A stretch of DNA of 64,000 nucleotides from an uncultured Methanoregulaceae archaeon. Lineage in GTDB: Archaea; Halobacteriota; Methanomicrobia; Methanomicrobiales; Methanospirillaceae. The stretch covers positions 416,001 through 480,000 of the forward strand of contig CAWJAX010000002.1 in NCBI GenBank assembly GCA_963841015.1, given 5' to 3'. A program made the position numbers and the translations under genes. Positions 47,283 through 56,973 of this stretch are shown one piece after another (the first letter of the stretch is position 1; every line of letters starts with the position of its first letter). The notes below the pieces were generated by a model. That model worked only from the letters and a program-made list of their open reading frames with translations, ran no database searches and was not told where the DNA came from.

Positions 47283-47645
47283 TTGAAAGATGCCCGGATA
47301 TTTTTTGTTGAAGACGATGAAATTATCGCGAACTTAATCGAGTGGAGACTGAATAAGCTTGGGTACAGCGTCTGTGGATCAGCAAAAAATGGTGTTGATG
47401 CCATTCCCCTGATCAAGGAAAAAAAGCCTGATCTTGTCATCCTGGACATCGAACTGAAGGGACCTATGGATGGTATTGAGATGGGAGAGCTTCTTTTATC
47501 TCAGACAAAAATTCCTTTTATTTACCTGACCGCCCATACTGAAGACAATATCCTGAAACGTGCAAAAAACACCGGATCCCGGGGATTTGTAAAAAAACCT
47601 TTTTCCGATGATGACTTACGGGTTGCCATTGAACTGGCATTGTAG
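47283..47645 (+). CDS. Single-domain response regulator
   Basis: FFVEDD, DLVILDI, YLTA, VKKP; TTG start. Confidence 0.9.
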   Translation: MKDARIFFVEDDEIIANLIEWRLNKLGYSVCGSAKNGVDAIPLIKEKKPDLVILDIELKGPMDGIEMGELLLSQTKIPFIYLTAHTEDNILKRAKNTGSRGFVKKPFSDDDLRVAIELAL

Positions 47646-47696
47646 ACCTTTTTGCGATAGTGACAAATTCCCTTTTATCCACCACCCAGAAAAATC

Positions 47697-47800
47697 AGCA
47701 CGGGAGAATTCCTTTTCCTTTGTATGAAAAATAAAAGAACTGGTAATGTGACGGAGGAGACAGTGACGATCCTCTCATGCCCCCCGGCATACGATGACAT
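47697..47800 (+). mobile_element. Truncated, decayed MITE module A relic
   Basis: gagaattccttttcctttgtatgaaa...ggaggagacagtg matches the left end of the 29736 copy; right end not found. Confidence 0.5.
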
Positions 47801-47940
47801 ACATACATGAGTAGTATTCCTGTCTCCCTTGGTACCTCACTGAAGAATTCCCATCAGCAGAATTATTTTGTATGAAGTGAATAGTGGATAGTAAGGGTGT
47901 ACTGGAGATTAAAACAAAAAAATGTGGAGACTCCGGTGTA

Positions 47941-50076
47941 ATGTTTACTCAGGACTTATATAACAAAGGTGTCGCCCTAGCCAATCTGCACAAATTTGTT
48001 GAAGCGCTTGCCTGTTTTAATGAAATCCTCAGGTTCAATCCGGATGACGCTGATGTTTTATATAATAAAGGGGTAGCTCTTGCTGCCCTGAACGAGTACG
48101 AAGAGGCAATTTTCTATTATGGGCAGTCGCTTAAAATCAATCCTTATAATGCTGACGCACTGAACAACCTTGGCGTTGCGTTTACCTCTCTGAAAAAGTA
48201 TGATGAAGCTATTCTGTATTTTGATAAAGTCCTGGCAATAAATCCGAACCATGAACTCGTTTTAATCAATAAAGGAGGTGCACTTGCCAAACTGGGAAAA
48301 TACGATGATGCTATTCTGTATTTTGATAAAGTCCTCAGGCTCAACCCGGATAACGCTGATGTTTTGTATAATAAAGGAGCCACTCTTGCCAGTCTTGGCC
48401 GTTTCACCGAGGCGATTGCCTGTTACGATCAGGTCCTCAGGCTCAACATCCATAATGCTGAAGCGCTCAACAACAAAGGTGTAGCGTATTCTTCCCTGAA
48501 ACGATATGAAGATGCCATTGTCAGTTTTGATAAAGCCCTTTTAATTCGTCCTAATTACAAGCATGCTTTACACAATAAAGGGCATGCTTTTGCCAAACTG
48601 AAAAAATACCGTGAAGCGATCACCTGTTACGATCAGGTCCTCGCGATAAGCCCTGAGAGCACCGATGTTTTGAACAGTAAAGGGGTTGCACTTGACGATC
48701 TGAAGAAGTACCCTGAAGCTATAACCTGTTATGAGAGGGTCCTCGTGATCAACCCCCGGAATACTGATGCACTGAACAATAAAGGGGTGGCGTATGCTGC
48801 AATGGAAAAATATGAAGAAGCAGTACTGTGCTACAATCAATTTCTCACCATTAAACCCGGCCATGTGCTCGTTTTAATGAACAAAGGGCGAGCCCTTGCC
48901 CGGTTAAGAAGGAATGATGAAGCCGTCGCATGTTTTGAGGAGGTCCTCAAAATCCTTCCCTATAACACGGATGCTTTATTCAACAAAGGGATGGCGTATG
49001 CTGCAATGGAGAAGTATGAGGAAGCGATTCTCTGTTACAATCAATTCCTTAAAATCAACCCGAAGAACGTGCTCGTTTTAGTGAACAAAGGGCGAGCACT
49101 TGCCCGGTTAAGAAAGAATGATGAAGCACTCGCATGTTTTGATGAAGCTCTTACGATAAAACCCGAAAACGCTGATGCGTTATATACTCAGGGAGCTGCC
49201 CGTGCTGCCCGGGAAAAATTCGAAGAAACTCGTAAAGACAGTCCCCCGCCCCCCATCATTTCACCCAATGCCCTCGTTTTGGGCAAAAAAGGGAGAGATT
49301 TTACTGCCTTAAAAAAATATAAAGAAGCCATCGTATGCTTTGATGAAGCCCTTCACATATCCCCGTATTATGCCGATGCTTTATATTACAAAGGGATTGC
49401 CCTTTCAGGACTTGAAAAATATGAAGAAGCCCTCCTCTGTTTTGATAAGGTGCTTGGAATCAATCCCGATAATGCCGATGCCTTGAATGATAAGGGAGTA
49501 ACACTTGCCAATCTTTCCCGGTACGATGAAGCGGTTCTCTGGTACCTTCAGACCCTGAGGATGAATCCCAATAATACTGAAGCACTGAATAACCTGGGTG
49601 TTGCGTACACCTCCCAGAAAAGGTTTGATGAAGCTATCGCATGTTTTGACAGAGCCTTGTCAATAACACCAAACCATGAACTTGTCCTGATGAATAAAAG
49701 CGGTGCACTTGCCGAATGGGAAAGGTATTCCGAGGCAGTCGCATGTTTTGATGAAGTTCTCCGTATGAATCCTGATAATGCTGAAGCTTTGTTCAACAAA
49801 GGAGTAAATCTTGCCAATCTTTCCCGGTATGATGAGGCAATTCTCTGTTACGATCACTTCCTGAAGATACATCCGGGTAATGCTGATGCTCTGAACAACA
49901 CGGGAGTTGCCTATGCAGCGTTAAAGAAATATGAAGAGGCAATTTTGTATTTCGATGAGGTCCTGAAAACCCACCCGGACAATGAATTTGCCTGTTTTAT
50001 CAAAGGAATCACCCTTGCAACGCTCAAAATGTTTGATGAGATAACTCTCTCCTTCGGGGGGGATTACTCCCTATGA
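47941..50076 (+). CDS. Long TPR-only protein (~20 repeats)
   Basis: 34-aa repeats ALNNKGVA...YEEAI.CFD..L.INP. Confidence 0.92.
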   Translation: MFTQDLYNKGVALANLHKFVEALACFNEILRFNPDDADVLYNKGVALAALNEYEEAIFYYGQSLKINPYNADALNNLGVAFTSLKKYDEAILYFDKVLAINPNHELVLINKGGALAKLGKYDDAILYFDKVLRLNPDNADVLYNKGATLASLGRFTEAIACYDQVLRLNIHNAEALNNKGVAYSSLKRYEDAIVSFDKALLIRPNYKHALHNKGHAFAKLKKYREAITCYDQVLAISPESTDVLNSKGVALDDLKKYPEAITCYERVLVINPRNTDALNNKGVAYAAMEKYEEAVLCYNQFLTIKPGHVLVLMNKGRALARLRRNDEAVACFEEVLKILPYNTDALFNKGMAYAAMEKYEEAILCYNQFLKINPKNVLVLVNKGRALARLRKNDEALACFDEALTIKPENADALYTQGAARAAREKFEETRKDSPPPPIISPNALVLGKKGRDFTALKKYKEAIVCFDEALHISPYYADALYYKGIALSGLEKYEEALLCFDKVLGINPDNADALNDKGVTLANLSRYDEAVLWYLQTLRMNPNNTEALNNLGVAYTSQKRFDEAIACFDRALSITPNHELVLMNKSGALAEWERYSEAVACFDEVLRMNPDNAEALFNKGVNLANLSRYDEAILCYDHFLKIHPGNADALNNTGVAYAALKKYEEAILYFDEVLKTHPDNEFACFIKGITLATLKMFDEITLSFGGDYSL

Positions 50077-50200
50077 TCCCTTGTCCGGTGCGAAGGGATT
50101 AATCCGGGAGGGGCAGCAGACCGTGCGTTAATGGGACAAAGTATTCGATCGTTCCATAATCCATAATCACTTTTATTAACCGGAGGATGGGAAGTTCGGT

Positions 50201-50791
50201 ATGAACAAACGGCAATTCAGATCTGATGATCCGGAAAGACGGCAATGGCAGGACCCGGAAAAGATACTGTCGTCTCTGGGTGTTGCACCGGGAATGGTAT
50301 TTATTGATGTAGGCTGTGGGGATGGTTATTTTGCCCTTCCTGCAGCACGCAGGGTTGGACCCCAGGGAAAAGTATACGCAGTTGACATTGATGCCAGTGC
50401 CATTCAAAGACTCCAACAGCAGGCAGCACGGGAAGGACTTGCCCACCTCTTTTCAGAAGTCAGAGAAGCCGAAGAAACCGTTGTCTGTGAAGGGTGTGCA
50501 GATTATGTTTTTTTTGGTATAGACCTGCATGATTTTGCGGATCCGGCACGCGTTCTCCTGAATGCAAAAAAAATGCTCGGTCCTGAAGGATGGGTAATCG
50601 ATCTTGACTGGAAAGATGAGCCTATGGAATTTGGTCCGCCTCCCCAGAAGAGGTTCTCGATTGACAAGGCACGCCATCTGATTGAATCAGCGGATTTTGA
50701 GATAGCATCAGTTACCGATTCAGGCCCCTATCACTACCTCATTATCGCAAAAAAAATTGCGGGGCAAGTCCTGGTTACACAACGACAGTAG
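50201..50791 (+). CDS. Class I SAM-dependent methyltransferase
   Basis: FIDVGCGDG, VYAVDID. Confidence 0.9.
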   Translation: MNKRQFRSDDPERRQWQDPEKILSSLGVAPGMVFIDVGCGDGYFALPAARRVGPQGKVYAVDIDASAIQRLQQQAAREGLAHLFSEVREAEETVVCEGCADYVFFGIDLHDFADPARVLLNAKKMLGPEGWVIDLDWKDEPMEFGPPPQKRFSIDKARHLIESADFEIASVTDSGPYHYLIIAKKIAGQVLVTQRQ

Positions 50792-50894
50792 AAATGATGC
50801 AGGATGTGAAAAAATGAAAAATAAAAGCTCCTGAATTCAAAGACAGAAAAATTATTTTATTTTTTGACAGATGGATTTTCAGCTCTTTTTTGAA

Positions 50895-50935
50895 TTGTAT
50901 CGCACCTTGGGGGTCGCCACAGCGGCGGGGGTGGA
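50895..50935 (+). repeat. Partial match to the MITE internal motif
   Basis: tatcgcaccttgggggtcgccacagcggcgggggtg. Confidence 0.55.
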
Positions 50936-51135
50936 GGTAAAATCAACTGCCCATGGAAGCGCAATCGTTTTAACCTGTCCATTCGAATACCCCGCCGTTT
51001 CGTCAAGGTGAGAACATGGAATTACCCTTGTTATCCATCGCCTTAATCCTACGGAGCTTTTCACCATGAGCCCCGAAAAAATCCTCTATTGAAATATCCC
51101 AAGTGTATTTTTACCAGAATAAAGGTATATTATGC

Positions 51136-52419
51136 ATGGATCCCCTTGTCGCGTTTGTCATAACACTCGCGCTCATCACATTGATCAGCATACGGTACAG
51201 GATTTCACCGTTCTTCACGCTGATTGGAGGTTCGGTTCTTTTTGGTCTTCTTGCGGGGCTGACCCTGGACGCGACTTTAGTCGGGATTGCATCAGGTCTC
51301 GGAAACGTCTTTTCCGCATTCGGGATTATCATCCTCTGCGGTGCAGTCATCGCAAAACTCCTCCAGGAACAGCACCAGATAGAAGAGATGGTTGGGGATA
51401 TCCGACGAATTGTTCAGAATCCCCCGGTAATTGCCGGAGTATCGGGATACATACTGGCAGTACCCATCACCTGCTGCATCACTGCTTATATCCTGCTCAA
51501 TCCTATCCTCGATAGTCTTGAAACAGATCCAAAAAAGCGCAATGTCCTCCTGTACCTTGCCGCTGTCGGGAGCATCATCTCCTATGCATTGATCTATCCA
51601 ACACCCGTTGTTATTCCCCTGTTCGATGCATTCTCTGAAGGGATGAGCCCGCTGGTTTTCGATGCAATCACCCTGCCCCTCTCCCTTGTGACGTTAGCGG
51701 GAATTCTTGTCTTCTTCCGGTGGTGGTGTGCTGAAGGCATGCGGGCACGCCCAAAAAAAACAGAAGAAAACAGCCTGGACTCAGGGGTCATCGCAGGTTC
51801 ACCGGGTACGGTCCACTGGCGGGCCTGGGCTCCCTTCATTGCAATCTTTGCCTCCATCCCGATTGCACTGTTCGTCCTTAACCTGTCGCATATGAGCATG
51901 ATCAATTTTATTATGCTTATCGGCGCAGGTACGGCTCTCGTCCTTGCACAGCAAACAGCCCGTGTAACAGGATTGTCACAGGGAGCAAAACATGCCGGGA
52001 TCATAATCTTTGATATCTGCGGGGCCGGAGCACTGGGTTTTGTCATAGTCGAGAGCGGCTTTGCACAGGCAGCTCTGGGTCAGCTTACCCTTTTCATCCC
52101 CATTGTCCTTGTCCCGTTCCTGTTTGCCGCTCTGATTGAAACCGCACAGGGATCACGGGTCGTGACAGCAGTGGTATCTGCTGAAGTGCTCGCAGGTTCA
52201 GCTGTTACCGACGCTATTCATCCGGTTCCTCTAATCCTTCTTATCAGTGCCGGGTCGTGCATGGTATCGTACGTGACCGACCCCTATTTTTGGCTCGTCC
52301 AGCGTACAACAGGTGATGATATCAGAACAGTCGTAAGGAATTATACGTTTCCTGTCGCTCTGGTTGGCATATTTATATTCATGGTTGCACTGGGTCTGGA
52401 ATATATTGTCTTCCGGTGA
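51136..52419 (+). CDS. GntP-family permease
   Basis: Multiple TMs; LIYPTP; AQGSRVV; SYVTDPYFW. Confidence 0.85.
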   Translation: MDPLVAFVITLALITLISIRYRISPFFTLIGGSVLFGLLAGLTLDATLVGIASGLGNVFSAFGIIILCGAVIAKLLQEQHQIEEMVGDIRRIVQNPPVIAGVSGYILAVPITCCITAYILLNPILDSLETDPKKRNVLLYLAAVGSIISYALIYPTPVVIPLFDAFSEGMSPLVFDAITLPLSLVTLAGILVFFRWWCAEGMRARPKKTEENSLDSGVIAGSPGTVHWRAWAPFIAIFASIPIALFVLNLSHMSMINFIMLIGAGTALVLAQQTARVTGLSQGAKHAGIIIFDICGAGALGFVIVESGFAQAALGQLTLFIPIVLVPFLFAALIETAQGSRVVTAVVSAEVLAGSAVTDAIHPVPLILLISAGSCMVSYVTDPYFWLVQRTTGDDIRTVVRNYTFPVALVGIFIFMVALGLEYIVFR

Positions 52420-52483
52420 AGTCCTGTCGGGAAATAGTGATGCCCCTGCACTTTTTCTCCTCCTCGCATAGTTCAACAAAAGA

Positions 52484-52687
52484 GACTTTGGAGAAATCCC
52501 CAATACCCGGGTTTGACACTCATGGAATTTCTCCCCCTTTCGCTGTGGCTGCCCTGGATGGGACAGCCTGAAAGTATTCATTCTCATCACTCGAAACGCA
52601 GGGGTGGTACTTGTAAAAAGGCAAGTTCTCCATTATAGTACCATTGCCTTTTATTTCCTGTCCCCGTCAAAGGAATTCTGCCGATCT
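52484..52687 (-). mobile_element. MITE module A, decayed copy
   Basis: gactttggagaaa...cgctgtggct...cgcagggg...aaggaattctgccgatct, colinear with 53133-53340. Confidence 0.65.
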
Positions 52688-52786
52688 AAAAAAGGATACA
52701 GGCATCCCGGGTGCCCTTTCTCTTGTTTTTGTGATTTTTAATGAATTATTTATGTGATGAACAGCATTCTTTTTATTGCGTGGAAC

Positions 52787-53122
52787 ATGAGAAAAACTGC
52801 CGATTTGATAGAGGAGATGAAAGCAGAAGCAAAAAAGGCGTGGCTCGTTGCAATTGCAGTCGGGTTTGAACATGAGACAAAGTTTGTATTCAGTTCCGGC
52901 AGTCGTCCGCTCGAAGACCTGAATACACTGGTAAAAAGGGGTGGAGCACCCATAGGATTGTTGCGATTTGAAAAAGATAACAGTTCAGTACAGGGATCAT
53001 ACCGTCCCTTCGGAGAATATGAAAATGAGCCCTGGGTACAACAGTATCTTGGCGGCCTTTTGGAAAACACCGGGGAAATAATTGCAATAAGTCAGAACCA
53101 GATGAATTTACCTGATTATTAA
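52787..53122 (+). CDS. Hypothetical protein
   Basis: Open frame of 111 aa with normal composition. Confidence 0.65.
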   Translation: MRKTADLIEEMKAEAKKAWLVAIAVGFEHETKFVFSSGSRPLEDLNTLVKRGGAPIGLLRFEKDNSSVQGSYRPFGEYENEPWVQQYLGGLLENTGEIIAISQNQMNLPDY

Positions 53123-53132
53123 TAAAAAATTT

Positions 53133-53340
53133 GGCACTGGAGAAATGCTCAATTACAAGCTAAACTCTCAAGGGGGTTTCACCCCCGCCGCTGTGGCTCC
53201 CCCGATGCGACAACTCCCGAACAGGTGCTACGTATCATCGCTCAGCGCAGGGGCGGTATGGGGGGACAGGCACTGTCCCCTCCTTCATTCTTACCAGCAC
53301 CTTGAATTTCATATCAATGGAAAAGGAATTCCACAGAGCC
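53133..53340 (-). mobile_element. MITE-like element, short form (module A)
   Basis: ggcactggagaaa...ggaattccacagagcc; both hairpins intact; closely matches 59120-59324. Confidence 0.88.
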
Positions 53341-53587
53341 AAAAAAATCCGATTTTTTAACGTTATTATCAGGAGAATTATCTGAATTCTACTCCTGACT
53401 CCGGTGATGTTTGCTCTTATTTACAGAAGCACTCTCTAGTCCTTCATCGCATTTTTTATATGTATCAGGTCCCGTTCTAGGTTCCGGATCATGTAACTTC
53501 ATTTTTATTGGCACAAAAATCACCTGGACTTCCTGTGATGGACACAGATACTATATTATAACCCTCCGGCCAAATGCAACATATTCC

Positions 53588-54550
53588 ATGAACCAGTCGT
53601 CCGGCATGACAGGATACGTAAACCCGCTCCAGGTGCAGGTTTCGCATACCGATCTTGTCAGGTTCTGGGTGATTGTTGCGTTCATCGTTTCTATTGTCGG
53701 GATTGCGTATGTCTCGATGTCAGCAGGATATGGAACGATCGTCCCCCAGCTCTTTTACATCCCCATAATCTATACTGCATATTTCTATCCTGACCGCAGC
53801 ATGTATGTTGCCTGTTGCTGCGGGGTAGCCTACTCGTTTGTCGCAGCATTTTTTGCCGTTCCGGAACTCTATGCGGTGGCAGGAATCCTCTTCCAGGCAC
53901 TGCTCTTTGTCGTAATTGCAGCAGCAGCTGCAATCCTTTTAAAGCACCGGGATATTCCTTCTCCTGCCCTGCCCGAGGAAGATGCTGAAGCGATTCGAAC
54001 CATGATTAAAACCGGAGAGAACGATCACACAGAATTCAAACTGCTGGCGTTGTGGAGTGCGGATCTCACGAAAGAAGAAATTCTGGCCTCTGAATCCTCC
54101 GAAATACGGAAATACCGGAATAACGCTTCAAAGTTCATCATCGCACGTTCGATTGCCGGTTTTTTAAATACAGACGGGGGCGACCTCATCATCGGCATAG
54201 AGGAGGACAGGATAAAAAATTCGACTCATGCCGCAGGGATCGAAGAGGACTACGGCAAACTGCAGGAAAAGGACCGGAATCCTGACGGGTACCGGAGAAT
54301 GATTGTCGATTCTGTAATCCAGAAATACCTGCCGGAGATTTTTAATACTGCAAGCAGGTTCATTCACCTGTCATTTCCTGCCATTTCCGGCAGGACGCTC
54401 TGCCACATACATATCCTGGCCGCAGACAGGCCGGTCTTTGTGAGCATTGGTAACGAAGAACTTTTCTTTATCCGAGTTGATGCGTCAACAAGGAGCCTTA
54501 CCGGCAAGGTCATGACGCAGTATATCCTTAACCGGTTCTCATCTCAATGA
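53588..54550 (+). CDS. 4-TM membrane protein fused to a Schlafen/AlbA_2 domain
   Basis: N-terminal TMs (PQLFYIPIIYTAYFYP); GENDHTEFK, AGFLNTDGGDLIIGIEE, FFIRVDASTRSL. Confidence 0.85.
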   Translation: MNQSSGMTGYVNPLQVQVSHTDLVRFWVIVAFIVSIVGIAYVSMSAGYGTIVPQLFYIPIIYTAYFYPDRSMYVACCCGVAYSFVAAFFAVPELYAVAGILFQALLFVVIAAAAAILLKHRDIPSPALPEEDAEAIRTMIKTGENDHTEFKLLALWSADLTKEEILASESSEIRKYRNNASKFIIARSIAGFLNTDGGDLIIGIEEDRIKNSTHAAGIEEDYGKLQEKDRNPDGYRRMIVDSVIQKYLPEIFNTASRFIHLSFPAISGRTLCHIHILAADRPVFVSIGNEELFFIRVDASTRSLTGKVMTQYILNRFSSQ

Positions 54551-54736
54551 TGTGACCCGTGTATCGGTTACGTTCTTTTCGTTCATATCTGATTTTTTCA
54601 AATTATCATCAGGCACACAAGGATCCAGTATTGTTGATTCCTGTGATGTACCGATACCTATATTGAGAACTACAGCAATCGTCCTTGTAACCAGGTGGAT
54701 CTGCACCTGGGCAACAAAAAAAGAGGAGGTAGACAA

Positions 54737-55195
54737 ATGGTACGACATTATCGAAGATCAATCTATGATGAACTCGATGACCTGAGAGCATCCATGGACT
54801 ACCTGTTCCAGCTTGTTCTTGAACCAATTGAAGAACCGCTGTTGCCTGCAGGAGAAGTATCCGAACACGTGAGCCGGTTTCTGCAATTCCTTGACGCTGA
54901 AGTGACCGAGCTTGATGATGAAGTAATAGTGACCGTTAACCTGATCCCTGGTGATAATAGCAGGGTATATTCGTGTGACCTGATCAATGAAAAAACAGTA
55001 AAAATTTCCTGTGACCGGCAGGAAGTGAAAACAATGGAACTGGAGGGGTATTCCATGACAGAAAAACGATCTTTATCGCTGCATCGTGAAATCCCCCTTC
55101 CCTCGCTGGTGACCACTAAGGGAGCAAAATCAACAGTAAAAAACGGTGTGCTTGATCTGCATTTCAAAAAAGTACGAAAAATACCGGGACTTTGA
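54737..55195 (+). CDS. Hsp20/alpha-crystallin family protein
   Basis: GAGGAGG SD; IPLPSLV...AKSTVKNGVLDLHF. Confidence 0.88.
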   Translation: MVRHYRRSIYDELDDLRASMDYLFQLVLEPIEEPLLPAGEVSEHVSRFLQFLDAEVTELDDEVIVTVNLIPGDNSRVYSCDLINEKTVKISCDRQEVKTMELEGYSMTEKRSLSLHREIPLPSLVTTKGAKSTVKNGVLDLHFKKVRKIPGL

Positions 55196-55231
55196 TAACA
55201 CCTTTTTTTCTTTTAAAGTACTGAAATAACC

Positions 55232-55417
55232 GGCTCTGCAGAAATAGTCATTACCCGGCTCAACAGTATCTGGCGGTTTACCCCCTTTGATGTACCGGAT
55301 GCGGTACCCTGTACTATCGAACGAAACACTGGATAGCAAGGGGGTGGGAAACGGTGCTCCTGTCATTTCACCATTGCCTGGCAGTCCAGATAACCAAAAA
55401 AGGAACCCCTCACCCCC
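55232..55417 (-). mobile_element. MITE module A, strongly decayed copy
   Basis: ggctctgcagaaat...ggtttaccccc...gatgcg...aaaaggaa. Confidence 0.5.
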
Positions 55418-55746
55418 GATTCATTACAGTTTCTCTTGTGCGATGTCAGAAATGGATACATCGCAATCGTATCGGTTCTGGATAGGAAGCGGATACGCAT
55501 GAATAAAAAAAATGAAAAGAAGGAAAAGGAAGATCCGGTTCAAAGGTGGTATTGCAGATCCGTATCTTCCTCAACGTGATTACCTTTCCTGCTCACTCTT
55601 AAATTCTGGCAAGGCAATGGCGCATTGCGAACCCGGATTCTGATTTCAGACAACGCGACTGTGATGTATCGGTTTGGTACCTCCATAACCCTTATCAGGA
55701 ACACCAGCGATACTACCTGATTGAAATTTGAATGATGTGTGATCCT

Positions 55747-56973
55747 ATGAAAAAACTCCTCTGCTCCCTTTTCTGTATATCAATTCTCCTTGTTCTGTTT
55801 CCCTTCCCGGTGCATGCTGCAAATCCAAGCGTGATTGTTGCCGACTTTAAGGTTACCCCCCCCGTCCTTCAGCCAGGGGATATCGGTACCATCACGGCGA
55901 CTATTAAAAATACTGCATCGATTGCAAATATCAGGGAAAATATCCAGTCAGCCGGTTCTGAGACAATTACCAGTACAGATATCAATGTCAATATTGAGAG
56001 TGTGCAGCTGGAATCAAAAGATGTTGAAGTCATTTCCGGCAACTACAAACAGGTGGGAGAAATTGGGCCCGGGCAGTCCATACCCATCACGTTCCTGATC
56101 CGTGCCCCGGCAAAAGACGGCATTTATTTCCCGGAGATATGGATTGACGTGACCAAAGGAGAAAGTGTCCGCCAGCCGATTCCGGTCAATGTCAATACCC
56201 AGATTGCCCTCCTGAAAAAACCTGCAATAACCGTATCAAAAACGATACCGGATAGTGTGAATCCCGGTGATGATTTCCCGGTGCGTGTCATCCTTGAAAA
56301 CAACGGTCTTTCCGGTGCTGATGAAATTGTTATTTCTGTAAATTCTAGTACGAGCACTATTGCTCCCAAAACCCCCAACAACTATCACTTTGACCGCCTT
56401 TCCAGGGGAGAAAAGGTCACCCTTGATATGAATTTTGCCACCGATAAAAATGCCCCTCTTGGTCTGAGCCCCGTCACCCTGACAATCAGGTTTGCCAATG
56501 CAGATGGTACCTATACCACACAGACGGAAACACTGGGAATCCCCATTAAGGGAAAGGCAGATATCGGCATTGCATCCGTTTCAACTGATCCGGAGCGGAT
56601 AAAAAAGGGAGATCCGGTGACACTCATCATCCGCCTGGAAAACACCGGCACCGACAATGCAAATTCTGTGAAGGCGAGTATCGATCTTCCCATGAGTGGT
56701 GGAAAGGATGCGTATGTGGGAAAGATTGAACCCAGCAACGATGCCCCTGCTGTTTTTGCCCTGCAGGCAGGAAATCCCGGGACATATCCTTACAACCTGT
56801 CTGTGCAATACGAGGATGATTACGGTATGCATACCCGGCAGGAAACCCTCCAGATGACTGTCCTTGACGGGGATTCCACCGGACTGATTATTATACTTCT
56901 CCTGCTCTTCGTCGGAGCTGGGGCCGGGTACTGGTACTTCGTGCTCCGGAAAAAGGGAACCGGCAATGCTTGA
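55747..56973 (+). CDS. COG1361-type S-layer-domain protein (ABC-associated)
   Basis: Signal peptide, repeated P..V.PGD...LEN.G Ig domains, C-terminal TM plus RKK. Confidence 0.85.
   Translation: MKKLLCSLFCISILLVLFPFPVHAANPSVIVADFKVTPPVLQPGDIGTITATIKNTASIANIRENIQSAGSETITSTDINVNIESVQLESKDVEVISGNYKQVGEIGPGQSIPITFLIRAPAKDGIYFPEIWIDVTKGESVRQPIPVNVNTQIALLKKPAITVSKTIPDSVNPGDDFPVRVILENNGLSGADEIVISVNSSTSTIAPKTPNNYHFDRLSRGEKVTLDMNFATDKNAPLGLSPVTLTIRFANADGTYTTQTETLGIPIKGKADIGIASVSTDPERIKKGDPVTLIIRLENTGTDNANSVKASIDLPMSGGKDAYVGKIEPSNDAPAVFALQAGNPGTYPYNLSVQYEDDYGMHTRQETLQMTVLDGDSTGLIIILLLLFVGAGAGYWYFVLRKKGTGNA

Noticed and set aside
53145-53360. ORFs MLNYKLN... (also 59124-59408, 36755-36958, 36963-37223) as a small protein family
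   Set aside because: They lie inside MITE copies and the frame is not preserved between copies.
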